Assembly: GCF_964355755.1 (NCBI RefSeq)
Contig: NC_092672.1
Span: 24,255,237-24,319,236, forward strand
DNA length: 64,000 nucleotides
Origin: Antedon mediterranea
Lineage: Eukaryota; Animalia; Echinodermata
Direction: 5' to 3'
Shown: in pieces, positions 44,101 to 53,100 of the stretch
Layout: each line of letters opens with the position of its first letter
How positions within the stretch are numbered: the stretch's first letter is position 1
Position numbers and translations under genes: made by a program
Notes under the pieces: generated by a model
Told to the model about the DNA's origin: nothing
The model's input: the letters and a program-made list of their open reading frames with translations, nothing else
The model's database searches: none

Positions 44101-47100
44101 TTGCCAAGTTAATTAGATTATAAAGCATAATGATGAATGCTAATACATTATGCTATTTATAACAAGATAGCATCATCTTTAATTATATCATCACATTTTT
44201 CAGATAGTAGACACGAGGAAGAGAAAAACCCCACAGGAGCATCAACATCAAAACAGGAAGCAAAATTTGCTGAAACATCAACAAGTTCAAATCCAATGCC
44301 AAGTCTACAAAAAGAGGGTAAATATTTATTTTGAAATGTGTTTGATTGTGCTGTTCATACATATTAATGATATCAGAGATAAAGACTAAAATGCTAAATA
44401 TTGAAATGATTTAAATGGACCTGAAATGGACTTTCGATTTTCAAGAAATTCACAAGGAGGAATGTTGCAGCGCCCATGTGGCGGCTCTATATTGCTCTGT
44501 GCATAACAACTTCGTATCTGTTTGCAGATGGTTTTTTTCATCAAATAAGTTTTACTGGATGCTGGAATAGCAAATTGAGCACCATATATTCACAAATTTC
44601 TTATGTGGAAATAATCGTATCTTGGAGTAAATCGCAGTTGTTTTTCTTGTTGTTTCCTGAAGTTCAGCTAGGCCCTGCTTGTGCCTTTATTGTTTTAATT
44701 CAAACTCATCACTGCCCAAGAACAATGGTCTACTAGCATCAGTGGGAAGCTAGCCCTGTACTTTCAATCTGACTGTGCATATTGTTATGTAAATGACCTT
44801 GTACACCTCATGCTTGAAGATCTGCTGTTGTCATGCTAATTAGCTATAGCTCTGAGTTTCTTCATGGTTTACAGGGCTGTGTAACCAACAACAATAACAG
44901 TTGTGAACTTCTTGAAGAATCTTGCTTAATTATACAATCTTTTAAGTTTAACTCCAGTAGCTGTAGTATCCACCTATTACCAAGGAGGCCAAAAAGAAAA
45001 ACCAGGCGTGGTACAAGAGCTGGGCGTGACAAACACACTAAAAACAATCTATCATTTCTGGACTTATCATCAAACTCTCTCTTATCTAAAAACAATATTA
45101 AATTTTGCAGTATTAATACAAGATCCGTTCGGAACAAAACAACAGAATTTGTGGATTTCGTTATCGAACATAATCTGGATGTTGTTGCCCTTTCGGAAAC
45201 GTGGCTTAAACCAGAAGACACATCAGTTATAGGAAATATTACACCCAACGGATACTCTCTCAAACATGCTCCCCGTGCTGGTACGAAAAGAGGTGGTGGA
45301 GTTGCACTTCTTTACAAGGAAAGCATAGCGGTTAAATGTTATGACACGGGATTATTACCAAAATCATTTGAACTGCTAAATGTGGAAATAGTCAGCAATG
45401 CATCCTCAGTTTTCCTCGTAGCAGTATATCGTCCTCAAAGCAAATCAACGGGTTGCAGTCTAAATGTTTTCACTGAAGAATTCTCAACTTTGGTTGATCA
45501 CTATGTATTGAAGCCGGCTCCCATACTATTCGTTGGAGACTTTAACATCCATGTGGATATGCCAATGATGCAGATGCAATTCATTTTCGGAATCTACTTG
45601 TAGCAAGCAGTCTTCAACAGCATGTGTCTACACCTACACACCGACATGGTCATACATTAGACTTGCTGATCACTCGTTCATCTGATCTTCCTGTTTTCTC
45701 AAACCTTAATGTCATTGATGGTATATCAGATCACTATGCAATCACATGTAATCTCCTTATCAAGAAGCCACCCGTAATCACTAAATCCATCGAAACTCGT
45801 CATTGGAATGCTATAAATTTTGAGACATTATGTAAAGATATCACACAGTCTGATCTCGGAACTTCGCTCTCAAATCTTGATTTATCAAGTAAAGTACGAC
45901 TATATGTCACCACTTTGAGGGAACTTCTTGACAAACACGCACCACCGAAAAAGAGAACAGTAAAGGTCCGACCAAACACTAGTTGGTATAAAAGTGACAT
46001 CTATGCTGAGAAAAGAACAAAGCGTAAGCTTGAAAAGAAATGGAGAATCTCTCATCTGGAAATAGATCGTCAAGCTTACATTGCACAGAAGAGGAATGTA
46101 AATTCAATGGTAAGAAAGGCAAAGGCCAACTACTACATTGGCTTGTGTGAAGAACATGCAGCAGATCAGAAAGAACTTTTTAAAATTGTTAACCAACTCC
46201 TTCATCATCGCCAGGTATCACCTCTCCCAGATAGTCTTTCTGACTTAGATCTTGCGAACAGGTTCTGTCAGTTTTTCACAGACAAGATCAAGATCATCAG
46301 AGACGACTTCAAGATTGATGACATGTCATTTAATGAGCCTGTGACAGCTGTTCATCAGCATCTCACAACATTTACACCAGCATCTCAAGATGAGATCCGC
46401 AACATTCTGATGAAATCACCAACAAAATCATGCAGGTTAGATCCAGTTCTTACTTCTATACTGAAGAAGTGTATAGACGCAGTCGTTCCAATAATAACGG
46501 AAATCATTAACCATTCTCTTAATACCGGCATAGTGCCAGATGAACTGAAAATTGCTCACGTTCGTCCTTTAATAAAAAGCAAAACTTGGATCATAACACG
46601 CTGAAAAATTACCGCCCGGTGTCGAATCTTTCTTTTCTTGGAAAGACTCTGGAGCGTGTAGTGACATCACGCATTACTCCATATCTTCAAAAGCATAATT
46701 TAAATGAGAATTACCAGTCGGCATATCGTGCATGTCATAGCACGGAGAGTTCCCTTTTAAAGATACAGAATGATTTGTTACAAGGAATGAATGATGGGAA
46801 AATAACGCTATTGGTGTTGTTGGATTTGTCAGCAGCGTTTGATACAGTTGATCACCAAAGACTGATAACCCGTCTGAGAAATCGCATTGGCATAAATGGT
46901 GTTGCTCTTAACTGGTTCCAGTCATATCTTACAGGAAGACGTCAGCTAGTCTGTATCAATGATGCATTCTCAGATGAAGCTTGCCTGGAATATGGTGTAC
47001 CACAGGGGTCAGTAATTGGGCCTAGCCAGTTTTCCATTTATACGCTTCCCCTTGGTGACATTATTCGCAAACACAGTCTACATTTCCATTTCTATGCAGA

Positions 47101-50100
47101 TGATACACAGATTTATGTGTCAGTAAATCCAGTGCAAAGGGATGTTGCTGCAGCAATCAGTAAGATGGAAGCCTGTATAGAAGATGTTTGCAATTGGATG
47201 ACAACAAATTACCTAAAGTTGAATGATGGAAAGACAGAGTTTATTATCGTCGGGTCTAAATGTAACATCTCCAAAATCAACATCACACATATCAGAATCG
47301 GAAACTCTAACATCGCTCCCTCATCGGTGGTCCGGAATCTGGGAATCATGCTGGATAGTAATCTCACTATGGAAGCACAAATAACAACTGTATCCAAAGC
47401 AGCATGCATATCGATTAGGAACCTTGGTCGTATTCGCGGTAATCTTAACAAGAAAACAGCTGAATTGATTGTACACTCATTTGTCACTTCTAAAATTGAC
47501 ATTGGTAATGCCTTGTTGTTTGGCATACCAAAATCTCAAATACAACGTTTGCAGCGCTTGCAAAATATGGCAGCTAGAATTGTAACTTATACAAAATCAA
47601 ACGCTCACATAACTCCTGTCCTGATGGATTTGCATTGGTTGCCTGTTCAACAACGTATTAAGTACAAACTTGCGTTGTTTGTATTCAAGATCCTAAATGA
47701 CAGTGCTCCTGCTTATTTATCTGACCTTGTGGATCGTTACGAATCATCCCGCAGAGGCCTACGATCATTGTCACAAAACCTTCTTCAAGAGCGTAGAGCG
47801 AAAAATCAGTGGGGTCAGAGATCTTTTTACGTTGCGGCCGCAAGTGTATGGAACAGCTTACCAGCAACAGTTAAATGCTCAACTAGTCTAAACAGTTTCA
47901 AGACCAACCTAAAGACGTCGCTATTCGCTGATGTTCTCGCACGTTGTTAATGCACAAAGCGCCATGAGCGCCACATGGGTGGAGGATACCGGCGCTATAT
48001 AAGTTTTCATTTATTATTATTACGTTATTTAAATGTATCAAATTAATACAAGCCCATACAAATATAAACAAAATGTATAGTATTTTGAGAAAAAACGAAA
48101 TTTTAAGGAAATCCTTAATATTGATTTGCTAGGTTTAGACCATTAAGGTTTGGTTTGTGAAGCCATGTATCCCATGCAACGAAACAATACGCAAAATGAG
48201 GCTGTATTTACTCTGTATCGTTTATTTTTCTAAACAGGAACAACAAACCCTGTATAAAACAACGTCATAATTATTATGCATCAGCAGTGTAATATAATTC
48301 AACAATAAAAACCATCACAAGCAAGCTTACTACAATATGGTCACTTCACTAATTATCAATTAGTATTACTGTATATAACATTTAACGAACTTATACCTGG
48401 ATCCAATACACCAATTTCATACTACTAATCACGTCAACCTGGTAAGTTATCCAATTAACTTCAACATGGTATGTTATACAACTAACTTCAACATGTATGC
48501 TATCTAATAAGACAAAGCTGTATATCAAAGAAAAATTATTAAACAGTGAATTCATGGTCGTTACAAATAATGAACGATAACAACTTAACTCGGTTATGCA
48601 CATGGAGTAATACTGTAAAACATTATGGTTGTTGTATAGAAAATATCTACTCACAGTATTGGCGAGAATCCACACTTTAAAGAAATACAGTATATAACAT
48701 GTCTTACTCAGACAACAACTAAAACAACTTCTGCAGAACCAACGCTCACGCAGCCTATACAATGTAATCATTCACCTGATATGCAAATACGCCCGCGAAT
48801 ACCAGTAGTGAACAATAGCAATGCAATGCAATATATTGCGCCACCAATAATGTAGATATAAGAAACTTCGGAAGCTTTCCGATCCATTACAATACCTTGG
48901 TAAATTAGCGAAAATTACTCACGCCATTGCAATATTTTATTTCAACGGCGAGAGTCATGCGAGAGTCCGTTTCATACGCATCCCAAAGCGATATCATCAA
49001 CAACTTGCTGAGTAAAATGTGAATCAAATTCGTTTTCGAACTGCCTGATTCGTGAAAATAAATTCTCATCTCATATTACTAATTTAATTCTGCGAAAATA
49101 AAAACTAAAGATACACATTTTAGCAGTATAAATTACGAACGATATACAAAATAACGAACGGAAAATATGGATACGCATCATTGCACACAGTGCTGCATCC
49201 CAGACAACGTTGCCAGGCTAACGTCGGTATTGCCAAAAAAAACACCTGTTGATTTCATCATCATCATCCGTTACGCTATTCGTCTTGGGTAGACATTGCA
49301 TACTCTAATCGTTTCCATGACTCTTTTTCGGTGGTCTGATGGTCTGTCATTAACTTTGCCATCGATGTATTTTCTTTTTTGAGTTCTTTGTTTATGTTTC
49401 CTATCCAGGTAGTTTTTGGTCTGCCAACTGGTCTTTTAACTTTTCTAATGGATTATGTCAATGCTAATTTGGCTGGAGTGTTCATCGGAAGCCTTAGCAT
49501 ATGTCCGGTCCATTTGTATTTACTTTTCCTTATTATGTTTGACCATTTTAGTTCTTTCGTTCTGCTGTATAGTTCTATATTTACCTGTTTACCTGTTGAT
49601 TTGGAGATTTTAAATTGTCATTTACTCGATGAATAACCGTTTTTTAAATTCTAAATACGTTTCTGCAAAAGCACAAGCATTTTTAGTCGCGTGGAAGCGA
49701 CTCTATAGTTCACTATGTCGGTCGGTCGGTCTGTCGGTCTATCGGTCCGGTATCACTATGCGTTTTATCGCTTTCTGACCTTATCTTGATATCAGTTTAA
49801 TCTAGCTAAGTCAATTTTTCACAGTATATTCCTTATGTCCAGGAATCGATGTGGTTATGTTTTCACTGTGGGCAATAAAAAATTACGTGGTCTACGCACG
49901 ATTTAACGAAATCACGTTTGTAATCATATCTTCACAACCATGAATCACAATTAAATAAAAAATTTGGTACTCATAAATTTCAGGGCATAAATCATCATAT
50001 GGCAATACAATTACGTGCGTAGCGCATGTGACGCATGCGTACGCGCGCTTAAAATTTTCAAAATTTATTTTCGATGAAATAAGAGTACGTTTCAGGCAAT

Positions 50101-53100
50101 TTTAAGCGTTTACAAAATTGCCATGAGTCACAAAGCCACAAAGTTACGCGCGCACGCGCATTTAAAATTTTAAAATTCGCAAAATTCATTTTTAATCAAC
50201 TTTCTACGCGTTTGTCATTTTGAGCATGTCAAAAATTTCCATACGCGCGCAAATTTTTACGCGCGTGGTGCGCACATAGCGTTAAATACATACTTTTTTG
50301 TCGCGTGATTTATGTTTTGCAGCTTTTTCTAATAATTTTACCATCTTTTAAACAATTTCGACTTAAAATTACGTCATACGAGCACGTCAAATTGGATAAT
50401 TTGCGCACGTTTTTGATGAAAAAGTTAAAAAATTCGTAAAAATTATGCCTTTTTAGTCGCGTGGACGCGACTATAGTTCACTATGTCGGTCGGTCTGTCT
50501 GTCAGTCTGTCTGTCGGTTTGTCTGTTGGTCCGGTATCATTATGCATTGTAGCACGCGACTTAATGGCTGTTGGCCTTGTTTAGAAAATACTCAATAGAT
50601 TTCAAGAGTTATAGCCAAAAAACTGCAAATTGTCCATTGGAGGGATTGGAATATATTTGCAAAGTGACGTCACCCGTGAATGTTTTTGATTTTCTAATGG
50701 CGCTTCCCCAAAAGGCCGAATTTATATTTTGTAACAATATACATTATAGCAACAACTAATAGCCCCCAAAACATCATTCTAAAATGAAAAAAATCGAAAA
50801 TCCATTTCAGGTTGATTGTGCTGTTCATACATAATAATGATATCAGAAATAAAGACTAAAGTGCTAAATATTGAAATGATTAAAGGAGCGAAAATTTAAT
50901 CATAATCATCAGTGTCTGCTATTGAACATATATTATCTTGCAAGTTACTTTGACAGTTAATACTAATATGTGTATATTGTATGACACTGCTGTGTAATCT
51001 ATTCAACTTGCAGTACAATGTGGTTAAATAAACTCATCACTAAACCATTGATTGGAAAGGATAAGGTTTAGAATACTTAAATATTGCATTGGAAATACTT
51101 TTTCTTTAAATAAAAAAGTTATAGTTGGTAATCACAATTGAGACCTAATGCAAGTTGTTGTATGTGTTATATATTTTATCACAACAGAACCAGTGTATGA
51201 AGAAAAACCAGAAATTCCTAAAGTGTTCTTGAACAAATTTGTAAGCAAATTTCGCTCTGCAAGAGAAGGTGGTGACTCTAAAGTTGATAGCAACAAGTTT
51301 GTTATGAATATCTTGGACTTTGGAGGTCAACCAATTTACCATGTGATACAACGGGTAAATTTTATTGGTGTATTTAATTTTTTCTTAATAGAGATTAGTT
51401 TTGCCGTCAATATTCAAAATACATGCCTTCTTCTGAGCTTCTGTTAGTTTCAGTGTATACTTTGTTTTTTGGCCTTGTTACAATATCAGCACTGAAATCA
51501 AAAAGCTTGCTCACTTGATTTGAAGTTAAGAATCTATAATCTTCCTCCAAGGTATTACAAAAATGTGGATCTAATATAGTACAATATGTCAGTATCAGAT
51601 ATATAATACAATTATTATTATTATTACAATATTATAAATTATTTTATTCTTCATTTAATTTAATAAAGTCAACTCAGTCTCTAGTCTCTAATTACCAGAA
51701 ACCAAACCCAGAATTGAGGTCAAAAGTTCCAAATTCTTTTTTACCTTTAAAAATACATTTGGAATATCAGAATTTCTGTAAACCCAGACATATTATGCCA
51801 GCCGAATGGTGTCCAGTTTTGGGAGACTTTAAGTAAAATAGTATTCATTGATGTAATATAATGTATTATTAGCAGAGAGGGATAGAAAAGAAAGAATGTA
51901 ATATTAAACATTCATTATTTATTAAACCAATTATTAAGATTGTAAATGTTTCCAAGGTGAACATGCACTTTGTAAGGAAAACAATATCAAATAATCAGTT
52001 GTGCTAGTATATACTATGACACAATTAGTGTATAAACAGTTTTTAATATTGACAATTATGATTATGTTTATAGATATTCATGGTGTCTTATGCTGTTGTA
52101 TGTGTGGTATTCAACATGAATGAAGGTCTTAATGCCCCAGCTAAAGTTCGTGATCCAACAACTGTAAGTAGATTTTACAAATTTCAAATGTTTTATGTAA
52201 TTGTACATAAATAAAATGCAGATGCCTGATATATGATTGTTGTTATTTCCACTTCCATGATAGTGTTGTTAATAGCAGATGGCTGATATATGATTGTTGT
52301 TAATTCCACTTCCATGATAGTGTTGTTAATAGCAGATGCCTGATATATGATTGTTGTTTATTCCACTTTCATGATAGTGTTGTTAATAGCAGATGCCTGA
52401 TATATGATTGTTGTTAATTCCACTTCCATGATAGTGTTATTAATAGCAGATGCCTGATATATCATTGTTGTTAATTCCACTTCCATGATAGTGTTGTTTT
52501 TCTATATTATGTTGTGCTGCTAATAATAATAGATAATTTGCCAAAATGTTTCAAACTAGAACTTAAAGAATTTAAAATGTAAATTTTGTTCATTTTTTTT
52601 TTATTTAGGGAAAAATGTATGAACATCGAATGACAAATCTTGAGTTCATTCTGTTTTGGATTCGTTCAGTTTTTGTAAACGTAAGAAAAGGACAAAATAA
52701 CAAGATACTGCTGATTGGTACACATTATGAGAGCCTTGGTAAAACTGAACAAGAAAGACAACAAAGGGTACATAGCATTTCTGAAAAATTCCTAAAACAT
52801 CATTGATCAGGGTTAAATTCATTCACTTGCAATTGAGAAATAAAATAAAACTAAGTAAGAGGGTTTAATTAATTGAATAGAACATTTAGAACATAGATAT
52901 TATAAGAAAGAACAAATTAAAGATATATATCTGTACTATATTATTAAACAGCATGCCTAAACAATGAGGTATGTTTTACGTTTGTGTACAATATAATAAA
53001 AACATACATTTCATTTTGAGCAAAAAAGAACCCCCAAAATTCATTACCTAGAAGGCAACATAAGCATGTCATATGATAGCCCATGTCATTTATTTTAGGT

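Larger units (their letters stand above)
44419..50812. mobile_element. Inverted-repeat element hosting nested L2, RTE and HINE insertions, flanked by a ~70-bp direct duplication
   Basis: acctgaaatggactttcgatttt (44419-44441) vs reverse complement of 50790-50812 (22/23); flank 44342-44415 is repeated at 50812-50884. Confidence 0.6.

Noticed and set aside
44862-47891. Small alternative-frame and antisense ORFs within the L2 element
   Set aside because: By-products of the L2 coding frame.
52217-52498. Regular repeat array resembling CRISPR
   Set aside because: Units are contiguous 57-bp copies with no unique spacers and no cas genes; it is a minisatellite in a spliceosomal intron.
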